Assembly (NCBI GenBank): GCA_965649205.1
Contig: CBFGJV010000006.1
Location: 32,001 to 96,000 of the forward strand
Source: a candidate division WOR-3 bacterium
GTDB taxonomy: Bacteria > Hydrothermota > Tepidihabitantia > Tepidihabitantales > Tepidihabitantaceae
Direction of reading: 5' to 3'
Length of the DNA: 64,000 bases
Below are positions 51,235-61,412 of this stretch, in pieces (the stretch's first letter is position 1; each line of letters begins with the position of its first letter). The position numbers and the translations under genes were made by a program. The notes beneath the pieces are model-generated. The model was not told the DNA's origin. It ran no database searches and was given only the letters and a program-made list of their open reading frames with translations.

Positions 51235-52554
51235 GTGAGCATGGCAACCACCAGAAAGGCATTGGTCATCGGCGGCGGCATAGCGGGCATTCAGGCGGCT
51301 CTGGACATAGCCAACGCAGGAGTAGAGGTAGTGCTGGTGGAACGCAAGTCATCTATCGGCGGGCATATGGCGCAGTTGTCCGAGACTTTCCCCACCCTGG
51401 ACTGCTCGCAGTGCATCCTCACGCCGAAGATGGTGGACGCGGCTCAGCACCCGCGCATCAGGCTGATGACCTACTCCGAAGTGGAATCGGTCAGCGGCTC
51501 GACCGGCGATTTCCAGGTACGGATCAGGCAGAAGGCCAAATATGTGGACTGGGATGTATGCAACGGTTGCGGCCTGTGTATGACCAAGTGTCCGGGCAGG
51601 ACAGAGTCTGAGTTCAATGAGGGACTGGAGAAACGCACGGCGATACACAGGCTATTCCCTCAAGCAGTACCGAACAAACCGGTCATAGATCGCAACTCGT
51701 GCATCTATCTGCAGAAGGGCAAATGTCGGGTATGCGAGAAAATCTGCCCGCCCCAGGCAATAAGGTTCGAGGACCAGGACCGGCTAGTTCAAGAAAACGT
51801 TGGCGCTATCGTAGTAGCTACCGGATTTGAGCTGCTTCACCTTAAAACTTATGGTTCCTACGGACTGGAACGGCATCCGGACGTTCTCACCGGTCTGGAG
51901 TTTGAGCGGCTGCTATCAGCGTCCGGCCCGACCAAGGGAGAAGTGAAGCGACCTTCGGACGGCAAGGAACCCAAACGTGTTGTGTTTGTGAAGTGCGCGG
52001 GCTCAAGAGACAGGGAACGGGGCGTACCATACTGCTCCAAGGTGTGCTGCATGTACTCGGCCAAGCACGCGCTTCTGTACAAGCACCGGGTGCACGACGG
52101 CGAGGCCATCATTTTCTACATTGACGTGAGGACAGCGGGTAAGGACTTTGAGGAGTTCTACAAGCGGGCAACAGACGAGGGTGTTATCTATGTGCGCGGC
52201 AAAGTGTCCAAAATTTTCCGCCGGGGCGACAAGATGGTGGTATGGGGTTCGGATACGGTCGCAGGCCGGAAAATGGAAGTGGAAGCTGATTTGGTGGTAT
52301 TGGCCACAGCGATGATTCCAGATTCCCATGCCAGCTCGATAGCAGATATGCTGGGTATCCAAGTAGATCAGTATGGATTCTTCACTGAAGCGCAGTACAA
52401 ACTGAAACCGGTAGAAACAAACCGGCCAGGCATATTCCTAGCTGGCGCTTGCCAAGGGCCGAAGGATATTCCAGAAACAGTAGCTCAGGGCTCAGCCGCT
52501 GCAAGCAAGGTTCTGGAGCTTCTGGCACAAAGACAGGAGGAGAAGCGTGGCTAA
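51235..52554 (+). CDS. hdrA: Heterodisulfide reductase subunit A, short form
   Basis: GGGIAG, TFPTLDCSQCILTPKM, inserted ferredoxin, CAGSRD, YCSKVCCMY and GACQGPKDI; ends without the C-terminal ferredoxin. Confidence 0.9.
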   Translation: MSMATTRKALVIGGGIAGIQAALDIANAGVEVVLVERKSSIGGHMAQLSETFPTLDCSQCILTPKMVDAAQHPRIRLMTYSEVESVSGSTGDFQVRIRQKAKYVDWDVCNGCGLCMTKCPGRTESEFNEGLEKRTAIHRLFPQAVPNKPVIDRNSCIYLQKGKCRVCEKICPPQAIRFEDQDRLVQENVGAIVVATGFELLHLKTYGSYGLERHPDVLTGLEFERLLSASGPTKGEVKRPSDGKEPKRVVFVKCAGSRDRERGVPYCSKVCCMYSAKHALLYKHRVHDGEAIIFYIDVRTAGKDFEEFYKRATDEGVIYVRGKVSKIFRRGDKMVVWGSDTVAGRKMEVEADLVVLATAMIPDSHASSIADMLGIQVDQYGFFTEAQYKLKPVETNRPGIFLAGACQGPKDIPETVAQGSAAASKVLELLAQRQEEKRG

Positions 52555-53536
52555 GCCGAGGTTCGGATTTTACTGGGCGGCGTCGTGCGGCGGATGCGAA
52601 ATTTCAGTATTGGACACGAACGAAAAGCTTCTGGACATTGCGGCCAGGGCTGAAATCCTGCTCTGGCCAGTGGCAATGGATACCAAAAAGGCGGATGTGG
52701 AGAAGATGCCGGACAAGCACCTAGACACAGTGTTCTTCAATGGTTCGGTGCGTAACTCAGAGCAGGAGGAATGGGCGCACCTGCTTCGGCGCAAGGCTAA
52801 GACACTGGTGGCGTTCGGATCCTGCGCGCATCACGGCTGCATCCCCGGACTGGCCAACCTCTATAGCCGAGAGGAAATCTTCCGCACTATTTATCGCAAC
52901 GAACCCTCGCTCGACGAATCAAGGGGAATCGAACCGAAGACAAAAGTTACAGTAGCGGAGGGAGAGTTGACCCTGCCGGAGTTCTTTGACCTGGTTAGAC
53001 CGCTGGACCAGGTAGTGGAAGTTGACTATTATCTCCCGGGGTGTCCACCGCCAGTACCGATTGTCCTAAAAGCGATGGACACAATAATATCCGGTAGTCT
53101 GCCGGCAAAAGGCACTGTGCTTGCGCCGACCAAAGCGTTGTGCGACGAGTGCTCGCGGAACGAAAGTCTGCCTAAGAAGATGCCGGACGTGAAACGTACC
53201 TGGGAAGTGCAGGCAGACCCCAAGGTGTGCTTTCTGCGGCAGGGCATCATCTGTATGGGCCCGGCTACGCGCTCCGGGTGCGAGCAACGTTGTATCAACG
53301 GCAACTGGCCCTGTACCGGTTGTATGGGCCCGGTTCCGGAGGTGAAAGACCAGGGCGCAAAGATGATTTCCGCCCTGGGTGCAATACTCGCTTTAGACGA
53401 GGAAGCAAAACTCACTGAAGACCAGACCAAAGCTCTGATAGCGAAAGTCAAAGATCCGGTAGGCACGTTCTATATGTACGGCTTGGCCAGTGCAACCATA
53501 AACAAAAGACAACGGAAAGAGTCTGCTGGAGCTTAG
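52547..53536 (+). CDS. mvhG: Group 3 [NiFe]-hydrogenase small subunit, MvhG-like
   Basis: SCGGC, FGSCA, PGCPP, CDEC, CFL..G..CMGP and PCTGC. Confidence 0.88.
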   Translation: MAKPRFGFYWAASCGGCEISVLDTNEKLLDIAARAEILLWPVAMDTKKADVEKMPDKHLDTVFFNGSVRNSEQEEWAHLLRRKAKTLVAFGSCAHHGCIPGLANLYSREEIFRTIYRNEPSLDESRGIEPKTKVTVAEGELTLPEFFDLVRPLDQVVEVDYYLPGCPPPVPIVLKAMDTIISGSLPAKGTVLAPTKALCDECSRNESLPKKMPDVKRTWEVQADPKVCFLRQGIICMGPATRSGCEQRCINGNWPCTGCMGPVPEVKDQGAKMISALGAILALDEEAKLTEDQTKALIAKVKDPVGTFYMYGLASATINKRQRKESAGA

Positions 53537-53537
53537 T

Positions 53538-55016
53538 ATGGACAGACGCATAACTGTTGACCCGATTACACGACTGGAAGGACATGGAAAGATAGAAATC
53601 TTTTTGGACGAGCACGGCGAGGTAGACAACGCCTATCTCCAAGTTCCTGAACTACGTGGTTTCGAGCAGTTCTGCGTGGGCAGGAAGGCTGAAGATATGC
53701 CCCAGCTTACCTCACGCATCTGTGGTGTCTGTCCGGTCGCCCACCACTACGCTGCTACCAAGGCACTGGATATGGCCTTTGGCGTAGAACCAACCGCAAC
53801 CGCAAGGAAGCTGCGCGAGCTCATCTACGCCGGTTATATCATCTATGATCACATTTTGCACTTCTACTTTCTGGCCGGGCCGGATTTTGTGTTAGGACCG
53901 GACGCACCCAAGGAAAAGCGGAATATCCTCGGTGTTATAGAAAAAGTAGGACTGGATGTGGCAAGAGAAGTAATTAAGCACCGAGCCTATGGTCAGAAGA
54001 TAACAGAGATTCTCGGGGGCAAACCAACCCATCCTGTGTCGGGCGTTCCCGGAGGCCAGACCAAATCACTAGACGAAGATGGACGGAAGCAAATAGAAGA
54101 AATGGCGAAGTCCTGCGTAGCATTCGCTGAATTCAGTTTGGAGCTTTTCCGCAAGACGGTATTGGAAAACAAACAGTATATGAACCTTGTCACTGACCCC
54201 CGTTTCAGTCTCAAACTGTACAATATGGGTCTTGTAGACGAGAAGAACCGGGTGAACTTCTACGACGGCAAAGTACGCGTAACTACCCCAAACGGTGAGG
54301 AGTACCTCAAATTTGAGTTAAAGGATTACCTGAAGCATATCCGGGAACACGTTCTGGAATGGAGCTATGTGAAGGTACCTTACCTTGCGGCAATTGGCTA
54401 CAGGGGACTCACTGATGGCCCGGAATCTGGCATCTATCGTGTAGGACCTCTAGCTCGCTTGAATGCGGCCGAAGGAATGGCAACACCCAAAGCAGATGCT
54501 GCATACCGAGAAATGTACAACACTTTCGGCACCAAACCGGTACACTCTACGCTTGCATTCCACTGGGCTAGGCTTATAGAATTGCTCTACGCTTCCGAAC
54601 TAGCGCTTGCACTTGCCTCGGACACCAACATCACCGGAACAGACATCCGCAATATGGACTACAAGATGCAGGAGCAGGGCATCGGCGTGGTAGAGGCGGC
54701 GCGGGGAACTCTGTTCCATCACTACTGGCTGGATGAAAACAGATTGGTGAAGAAAGTGAATCTGATTGTGGCCTCAACCAACAATATGGGCCCGATCTGT
54801 ATGTCAGTCCGAGACGCAGCAAGGAGTCTAATCCACGCCGGCAAGGCAGACGACGGACTGTTGAATACGGTAGAAATGTTCTTCCGTGCCTACGACCCGT
54901 GCTTTGCCTGTGCTAGCCACACCCTCGGAAGCGCACCGCTGGAAGTCAACCTGCGCCTCTCAGATGGCACATTACTAGAGACCCTGACAAACCAATCCAA
55001 CCGGGATACACATTAA
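53538..55016 (+). CDS. mvhA: Group 3 [NiFe]-hydrogenase large subunit, MvhA-like
   Basis: TRLEGHG, RICGVC (L1) and [12 protein letters not shown] (L2) with a C-terminal extension. Confidence 0.92.
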   Translation: MDRRITVDPITRLEGHGKIEIFLDEHGEVDNAYLQVPELRGFEQFCVGRKAEDMPQLTSRICGVCPVAHHYAATKALDMAFGVEPTATARKLRELIYAGYIIYDHILHFYFLAGPDFVLGPDAPKEKRNILGVIEKVGLDVAREVIKHRAYGQKITEILGGKPTHPVSGVPGGQTKSLDEDGRKQIEEMAKSCVAFAEFSLELFRKTVLENKQYMNLVTDPRFSLKLYNMGLVDEKNRVNFYDGKVRVTTPNGEEYLKFELKDYLKHIREHVLEWSYVKVPYLAAIGYRGLTDGPESGIYRVGPLARLNAAEGMATPKADAAYREMYNTFGTKPVHSTLAFHWARLIELLYASELALALASDTNITGTDIRNMDYKMQEQGIGVVEAARGTLFHHYWLDENRLVKKVNLIVASTNNMGPICMSVRDAARSLIHAGKADDGLLNTVEMFFRAYDPCFACASHTLGSAPLEVNLRLSDGTLLETLTNQSNRDTH

Positions 55017-55133
55017 AACCAGGAAAATTCTATATCAGTTACAAACCACCAGCGCTCCACAGTCTAATTAAACCGCACTGGTCTTTCCAAATTAGAACGT
55101 AGAGCTGGTACTAAGCCTTCGTGACCCGCCTGC

Positions 55134-56204
55134 CTACCAGCGGATAACCACTCCGCCCCAGGTGAGGCCAGCACCGAAAGCTACCATAACTACGGCATCT
55201 CCGGCGTGTATTCTGCCACTGCGTCTGGCTTCATCCAGAGCAATAATTGTAGAAGCGGAAGATGTATTGGCGTATTTTTCTATGTTAACAAAGACTTTCT
55301 CTTTCGGAAAGCCCAGCATCTTGGCCACCGCCTCAATGATGCGCAGGTTCGCCTGGTGCGGAATGAGCAACTTGATATCCTCGGCCTTAAGCCGGGCCAT
55401 ATCCAAGAGCCGTCTCACCGCATCACTCATACTCCGTACGGCCACCTTAAATATAGCGTTGCCGTTCATCTTTAGGTAATGAAGTCGTTCCTTGACCGAT
55501 TCCACTGTGGCTGGTATGCGGGAACCGCCCGCGGGCATCATCAGATCGGGACCACGTGAACCATCCGCAGCCAGATAGCTCGCTATAATACCACGACCCG
55601 TATCTCCTTCCGCCCTGACCACTGCCGCACCCGCCCCATCTGCAAGCAGTACACAAGTCCCGCGGTCAGTCCAGTCTGTAATCTTGGAAAGTATCTCCAC
55701 CCCTACGACCAGAACTGTTTTGTAGGTTCCGGCCGCTATGAACTGCCGAGCTGTGGCTAGTGCGTAGATAAACCCGGTGCAGCCAGCAGAGACGTCCATC
55801 GCCGCCGCTTTCTTCGCACCCAGTCGGTTCTGCAGTATGCAAGAAGTAGAAGGAAACAGCATGTCACCGGTCACAGTCGCCACCAATATCAGGTCCAGGT
55901 CTTCAGGATGCACTTTGGCGTCAGCCAGTGCTTTCTGAGCAGCCCGGAGAGCGAAGTCCGACGCTGCCTCGTCCGGCCGCGCAATCCTGCGTTCTCTCAT
56001 CCCGGTACGCTCTACGATCCATTCATCAGAAGTGTCTACCAGCTTCTCCAAATCGGCATTGGTCATAATCCGCTCCGGCACATCAAAGCCGGTGCCGGAA
56101 ATTATGGCCGCGGGCCGACTCACTACATTCACAGCAAGAGAAGAAAAAAGATGCGGCTCTTCCTTCGCCGCCAGGGACTCCGGGTCAATAGCTACTTTGT
56201 TCAC
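55134..56204 (-). CDS. fabH: 3-oxoacyl-ACP synthase III
   Basis: DTSDEWI, AGCTGF, PHQAN, NTSSAS and FGAGLTWG; promoter TTGACA-16-TAGTAT ends 9 nt before GTG. Confidence 0.95.
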   Translation of the reverse strand: MNKVAIDPESLAAKEEPHLFSSLAVNVVSRPAAIISGTGFDVPERIMTNADLEKLVDTSDEWIVERTGMRERRIARPDEAASDFALRAAQKALADAKVHPEDLDLILVATVTGDMLFPSTSCILQNRLGAKKAAAMDVSAGCTGFIYALATARQFIAAGTYKTVLVVGVEILSKITDWTDRGTCVLLADGAGAAVVRAEGDTGRGIIASYLAADGSRGPDLMMPAGGSRIPATVESVKERLHYLKMNGNAIFKVAVRSMSDAVRRLLDMARLKAEDIKLLIPHQANLRIIEAVAKMLGFPKEKVFVNIEKYANTSSASTIIALDEARRSGRIHAGDAVVMVAFGAGLTWGGVVIRW

Positions 56205-56269
56205 GACTGCTAAATACTACCATGCTGTTCCGCTGTGTCAAATCGCCTGCTCTCGCAGTTTTGGTTCTA

Positions 56270-57025
56270 CTAGCTTTTCGGCGACGCTGACCAACCTCTT
56301 TCTGCCAACCGTTCTAGGAACTGCTCTATCCGCCGTTGGTTCAAAAAATACCCAACAGAAAGCGCAGCCGCGATCAAACCAAGCAACGCCCACTGCTGCC
56401 AACCGAAGCGAGTTGCACCTGCCCCCAGGGCACATTCTATCAGGTTCGATGGCAACCGCGCCACAAGCACCAATATCAGGAACACAGGCAACGGTAACGG
56501 GGTCAGACCGGCAAGGTAATATATCCAGTCCCCAAACGGATTAGGCACCAGGAGCAAAAGAAACACATAAAAGGTACCCCGACGCAGTATTACTGCATCC
56601 AACCGCCGCAGTTGCTCAGCCGGGACTAGATACTTGAGTAACCTACGACCCAAAAGCCTGGTCAAAAGAAAATCTACAGTCGCTCCCAAGAGCACACCCA
56701 ACATCAACCAGATAATAGTGGGCCAGGTACCCAGCGCATAACCGCAGGCGAATGCAACCACATTACCAGGAAGCGGCGCCACAGCTATCTGCACTGCCTG
56801 AAGAATAATAATGCCCACAGGGGCCCAGCCTCCCCATCCCTTTACCAATGCCCTGAGTTCCAATGGATTGCGGAAGCAATGCCACACCTGCCTGCCGCCT
56901 GCAGCGATAGCCAGAGCCAGAACCACAATGAGTAGAAACAGAAGCCCAACTGAAATCCGCCTACCCGCCACTCTGCTTTCCCTCACATCTCTACGATTAT
57001 TGACGGTTCTGCTGCTAGAAAACAA
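56270..57025 (-). CDS. DedA/VTT (TVP38/TMEM64) family membrane protein
   Basis: LQAVQIAVAPLPG..G..LG, LGATVDFLLTRLLGR and YLAGLT; exact start uncertain. Confidence 0.82.
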   Translation of the reverse strand: MFSSSRTVNNRRDVRESRVAGRRISVGLLFLLIVVLALAIAAGGRQVWHCFRNPLELRALVKGWGGWAPVGIIILQAVQIAVAPLPGNVVAFACGYALGTWPTIIWLMLGVLLGATVDFLLTRLLGRRLLKYLVPAEQLRRLDAVILRRGTFYVFLLLLVPNPFGDWIYYLAGLTPLPLPVFLILVLVARLPSNLIECALGAGATRFGWQQWALLGLIAAALSVGYFLNQRRIEQFLERLAERGWSASPKS

Positions 57026-57136
57026 AGGGAGAAAATTGGCATTGGTACCCTATATCTAGCTCAGTCCAATACAAAGTCAAGTATGCATTCAGGGTTTGTG
57101 TTGACGTTGTCTGGCTCATGGTTATCCTGAGCTTGT

Positions 57137-58585
57137 ATGCATCAAACAGGAAGATTACTGATAGGCGGCAAGTGGGTTAAGACAGAAAAAACGATGCCAG
57201 TGAGAAATCCCTACGATGACTCTGTTCTCGCCGAAGTTGCAGTCGCCGGTCCGAACGAAGTCGAACAAGCTCTAACCTCCGCGGAAGCCGGCGCCGAGGA
57301 AATGCGCCGCTTACCTACACACCGCCGCACCGGCATCCTTACGCGCTGCGCCGAGTTGGTCGAAACCCGCAAGCAAGAGTTCACAGATACCATCATTGCT
57401 GAAGCTGGCAAACCCCGCCGCTACGCAGAAACCGAGGTTAACCGGGCCATAGAAACCTTACGCCTTGCTGCAGCTGAAGCCTCCCGCCTTCACGGCGAAA
57501 CAATACCGATGGATGCGTGCGTCGGTTCTGAAAACCGCCGGGGATTCTTCATTCGCGTGCCCCTCGGTGTAGTCGCAGCTATAACACCTTTCAACTTTCC
57601 CTTAAACCTCGTCGTCCACAAGGTCGCGCCAGCACTCGCGGCCGGCAACTCAGTAGTCTTAAAGCCAGCCAGTGCGACTCCCTTGTCCGCGCTCAAACTC
57701 GGAGAAACCCTCCTCGAGGCCGGTTTACCAGTCCAAGCTCTGAACATCTTGGTTGGATCAGGCAACACGTTAGGGGCCATGCTAGTTAAAGACCGCCGGG
57801 TACGTATGGTAACCTTCACCGGCAGCGCCGCGGTGGGAGAAAAAATCAAGACTTCATCCGGACTGAAGCGAGTAACACTTGAACTCGGTTCCAACTCTGG
57901 AGCCATCATTGACGAAACGGCGGACTTCAACAAGGCACTTGGCCGCTGCTTAGTCGGGGCTTTCTCCTATTCCGGACAGGTGTGTATCCACACCCAGCGA
58001 CTGTATGTACACCAGTCAATCGCCGAACGATTCACAGCTGAATTCGTAGCTCGCGCCCGTAACCTGCGCTGCGGAGACCCTACCCTGCGCGAAACCGAAA
58101 TAGGTCCGATGATTAACCGAACGGCTCTCAACAAAGGGTTAGCGTTTGTAAACCAAGCACTTCAGCAGGGTGCAACGGTATGTTGCAGAGGCCAAGCGGA
58201 AGGAAACATAATGCTACCAACGGTCATTACCAATGTCCGACCCGAGATGCCCGTTGTGTGTGAGGAAACCTTTGCCCCCACTGTCACCATTGAAACGTTT
58301 GCCGACTTCAAGCAAAGCCTAGAAATGTTCAACCGCGCATCGGCAAGGGGAACCTATCAATATGGTCTTGCCTGTGGTGTTTTCACCCGTGACCTCAGCC
58401 GAGCGATGCTTGCTGCCGAAGAACTCACTGTCGGCAACGTTTACATCAACGACTCGGCAACTTTTCGCGCGGACATCCAGCCTTACGGTGGCGTGCGAGA
58501 TTCCGGTTTGGGACGGGAAGGTCCGCGCTTCGCCATAGAAGAGATGACAGACATCCGCTTTATTTCCTTCCACATCGACTTCTGA
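57137..58585 (+). CDS. NAD(P)-dependent aldehyde dehydrogenase
   Basis: ITPFNFP, LKPA, FTGS, LELG, GQVC, EETFAP and YGG...SGLGREG. Confidence 0.95.
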   Translation: MHQTGRLLIGGKWVKTEKTMPVRNPYDDSVLAEVAVAGPNEVEQALTSAEAGAEEMRRLPTHRRTGILTRCAELVETRKQEFTDTIIAEAGKPRRYAETEVNRAIETLRLAAAEASRLHGETIPMDACVGSENRRGFFIRVPLGVVAAITPFNFPLNLVVHKVAPALAAGNSVVLKPASATPLSALKLGETLLEAGLPVQALNILVGSGNTLGAMLVKDRRVRMVTFTGSAAVGEKIKTSSGLKRVTLELGSNSGAIIDETADFNKALGRCLVGAFSYSGQVCIHTQRLYVHQSIAERFTAEFVARARNLRCGDPTLRETEIGPMINRTALNKGLAFVNQALQQGATVCCRGQAEGNIMLPTVITNVRPEMPVVCEETFAPTVTIETFADFKQSLEMFNRASARGTYQYGLACGVFTRDLSRAMLAAEELTVGNVYINDSATFRADIQPYGGVRDSGLGREGPRFAIEEMTDIRFISFHIDF

Positions 58586-59089
58586 ACGTCAAATCGACCA
58601 CCAATTTGCCCTGCTAACTGGGCAGACGCGAAATTGATTTCTGTTTTCGTCAACGAGAAGAATCGATTCAGATAGCGCAACAATGCGTATCCGATCAAAA
58701 AGAAACAACGGTACGATCTCAAGACACTGCTGAGCTGGGGAGAAACGAGTCGCCAACCCCCAACAACTGCGTTAACCGCCCAATGGTATGTATAGCTGGC
58801 TGAATGTTTGAAAGCTAAAATTCTCTTTTCCTCCAGGTCACAACATTCAGACTGTACTGTTCCAGCCGCCACGAGCTTCAGACTGGCTCAACCCTTCCAG
58901 AACTGTATGGAACCGGCTCGGCATTTCAGCTACATAAAGTGTGCGCCAGTCCGGCATGGAAGCTGCTCCATACTTCATTCCACGGCATACCGCCCCTTCT
59001 TTTCGTGGTTAACGCAAAGTTAGAGTTTCTGAAAACTAAGTCTTATCTTGTATGCTTGACACTTTCAAACAACAAGATACGCTTCACTA

Positions 59090-60517
59090 GTGAAGCTTAC
59101 AGGACTGCTGGTACTTTGCTCTTTGACAGTAATAAGTCTCAGTCAACCTAAACTGGAAACGGTCGTAAACTCAGCACCCCAGTCTGTCGGGCAAATGTTC
59201 ATCAACGCTGATTGTGCCGGCGCGGACTCCGCAAAGCTTTTCTACTCATTCAACCAACAATCGTCCTGGAGCGAAACCTTGATGACCCTGCGCGGTATAG
59301 CTGGATACGAGAGCACTTTTGCTCACTCTATAGACCTTCCTCGCTCAGGACAAATCTGGTACTATGTTAGGGCGTCAACCAAAGCTCAGCAGGCTACCCA
59401 GTCTCCCGTCAACACAGCAGATGTGTGGCCGCCTCCTGATAATCTCCTCGCTCTGGCTACTCATGACACAACAGGTGATGCACGCAATCCCGAAAATCCC
59501 TTTCTTGATCTTACCGGCCTGTGGGTAGGTTGGTCGGCCAAGTATTTCTATGCCAAGCTGACAAACAATCACACTTCTTGGCCGCTCTCTGCTGGGCCCT
59601 TCGGTCCTTGGTTTCTCTATTCAGTCGGCTTCGTAAATCCGGAGGCCGTCTCTGATAGCTGGGTTTTCTCTCTCAGTTATGCCAATGTTCCTCTCGCATT
59701 CTCAACAGGCCTTTATCTGATAAATCGCTATACGGGCAACTATTCTAAACTTGCAGACATAGAAGTAATCACCTCCGGAAACTGTCTTCATTTGCGGGGC
59801 CGCAGGAGCGACATCGAACTCCATCCTCGCTTTGCACCCTGGCCCAATTCTTCAGGCGCCACAGCGGTTGCAGCTAATACCCAGACCATCAGGGTAAGTG
59901 GTGCCACGCCAAACGACACTACCGTAGCCACGCACTTCTATTCCCTATGCACCCCATCTGTCGTTATTGCTCGCAATCGTCCCCCGGTTCTTGGCGATGC
60001 CCGCGTTATTCCTCGCTCAGGAAATTCTGAAACTCTCTTTCGCTTCAGCTGTTTCTACACGGATCCAGATTCTCACCTCCCAACCCGATTCCAGCTTCTC
60101 GTAGAAGGAGATAGCTTCGAACTGCGTCCAGTTCACCATCGTTACTGGACTGAATGCCAGTTTCTAGCTGAACGGGCAGGTTTTGCGCCCGGCTGGAAAA
60201 AATTCCGTTTTTATTTCAGTGACGGTATGACCTCAACCCAAACCAATCCGGATAGTTTCTTCGTCTCCTCAGTCGGGGTAGCCGAATCCGAAACGGAAAC
60301 AATACCCAAACGCCCCGTAGCCTCCGTTACAACAAAACTACCCACGGCACTGTCCCTAACCGCCGACCACGAAGAAATGTACTTGCTTGACTGTACCGGG
60401 CGGCGACTGACATTGCCTCGCGCTGGCCAGAACCAAATCAAATCATTACCCGCCGGTATCTACTTTCTTGTAAATCCAGGCGAAGACCTCCTATTACGCC
60501 TCGTAGTCCTTCCCTGA
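59090..60517 (+). CDS. Secreted hypothetical protein with a T9SS-like C-terminal domain
   Basis: Signal peptide, beta-rich body, C-terminal LLDCTGR...LPAGIYFL; promoter TTGACA-16-TACGCT ends 6 nt before GTG. Confidence 0.7.
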   Translation: MKLTGLLVLCSLTVISLSQPKLETVVNSAPQSVGQMFINADCAGADSAKLFYSFNQQSSWSETLMTLRGIAGYESTFAHSIDLPRSGQIWYYVRASTKAQQATQSPVNTADVWPPPDNLLALATHDTTGDARNPENPFLDLTGLWVGWSAKYFYAKLTNNHTSWPLSAGPFGPWFLYSVGFVNPEAVSDSWVFSLSYANVPLAFSTGLYLINRYTGNYSKLADIEVITSGNCLHLRGRRSDIELHPRFAPWPNSSGATAVAANTQTIRVSGATPNDTTVATHFYSLCTPSVVIARNRPPVLGDARVIPRSGNSETLFRFSCFYTDPDSHLPTRFQLLVEGDSFELRPVHHRYWTECQFLAERAGFAPGWKKFRFYFSDGMTSTQTNPDSFFVSSVGVAESETETIPKRPVASVTTKLPTALSLTADHEEMYLLDCTGRRLTLPRAGQNQIKSLPAGIYFLVNPGEDLLLRLVVLP

Positions 60518-60523
60518 CTACTC

Positions 60524-61249
60524 TTATCCATATAGTACGAGCAGGTCCAACGTCAAAGCCACCGAGTAGTGCACCAATACCGCAGGCAGAAAACTGCGTC
60601 CCCGCAGTGCAAGCACACCCAGAACCACTCCGGCCACAACCGACCCCCACACCTCCAGTGCAGGCTTGCCGATATGCATAAGTACAAAAGGAGTAGTAGA
60701 AACAACTATACCAACAGCATTACCAACTCGTCGCGAAAATCCAAACAGAAGATAACCCCGGAAGAGAAATTCCCAACCTAGCATATAAACTAGCCTGATG
60801 GTTTGAGCGAGAAAAAATCCCCTGCCCCCCACGCGACTCAGAAGCAAGTAAGGGTAAACACGTCTGAAAGACGGCTGGCGAGACGCCCAATACAACAAAA
60901 AGAACACAATCACGTAAAGAACGAGACTGTCCCAGAGCCACACTCGCCATCTACCCCATTCCAACCCTACATCACGTGGCCGCAACCGCAACAGAAAGAG
61001 AGAACAAAGAGGAAATAACAAATAGATGCTGCCACGTACGAGGTGCAAACCCGCCTGTGTCCATGCATAGCTGTTTTCGTCCTGCGCCAGACTACTTATC
61101 CGCAGCAGGGCACCTACCGATTTGCTAACTGGAGAAGGAACAAAAAGAGAAGCGACCATGCACACCGTTGCCGTCAAACCGAGCCAGAGCAAATCCGCCT
61201 GTTCAATCCCTTCCCGTATATCACGCCAGAGTCCACACAGATAACTCAC
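60524..61249 (-). CDS. CPBP/Abi (CAAX-type) intramembrane metalloprotease
   Basis: WEFLFRG, FVLMH..KP..E and SFLPAVLVH; probable GTG start at 61249. Confidence 0.88.
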   Translation of the reverse strand: MSYLCGLWRDIREGIEQADLLWLGLTATVCMVASLFVPSPVSKSVGALLRISSLAQDENSYAWTQAGLHLVRGSIYLLFPLCSLFLLRLRPRDVGLEWGRWRVWLWDSLVLYVIVFFLLYWASRQPSFRRVYPYLLLSRVGGRGFFLAQTIRLVYMLGWEFLFRGYLLFGFSRRVGNAVGIVVSTTPFVLMHIGKPALEVWGSVVAGVVLGVLALRGRSFLPAVLVHYSVALTLDLLVLYG

Positions 61250-61412
61250 GTCAGAACATAGCAACATCGTGCTCGGCAGTCAACGACAGCCCGATTGAAG
61301 ATCTAGCCGATGTTAATTCACGCACAAAATACTGCAGGCTAAGTATGAAAACAAAAGTAACTTCCATCTCTTCTCTTTCTTGCAAAAACATAAATTGTGA
61401 CTAGCATAAGTT

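Noticed and set aside
51235..55016. Selenocysteine forms of HdrA or MvhA, or a hidden TGA-interrupted mvhD
   Set aside because: The relevant codons are Cys and the intergenic gaps are too small for another gene.
61310..61412. Rex-like operator (ATGTTAATTCACGCACAA) upstream of mrp
   Set aside because: Four mismatches to the TTGTGAA-N4-TTCACAA consensus in AT-rich DNA; not distinguishable from chance.
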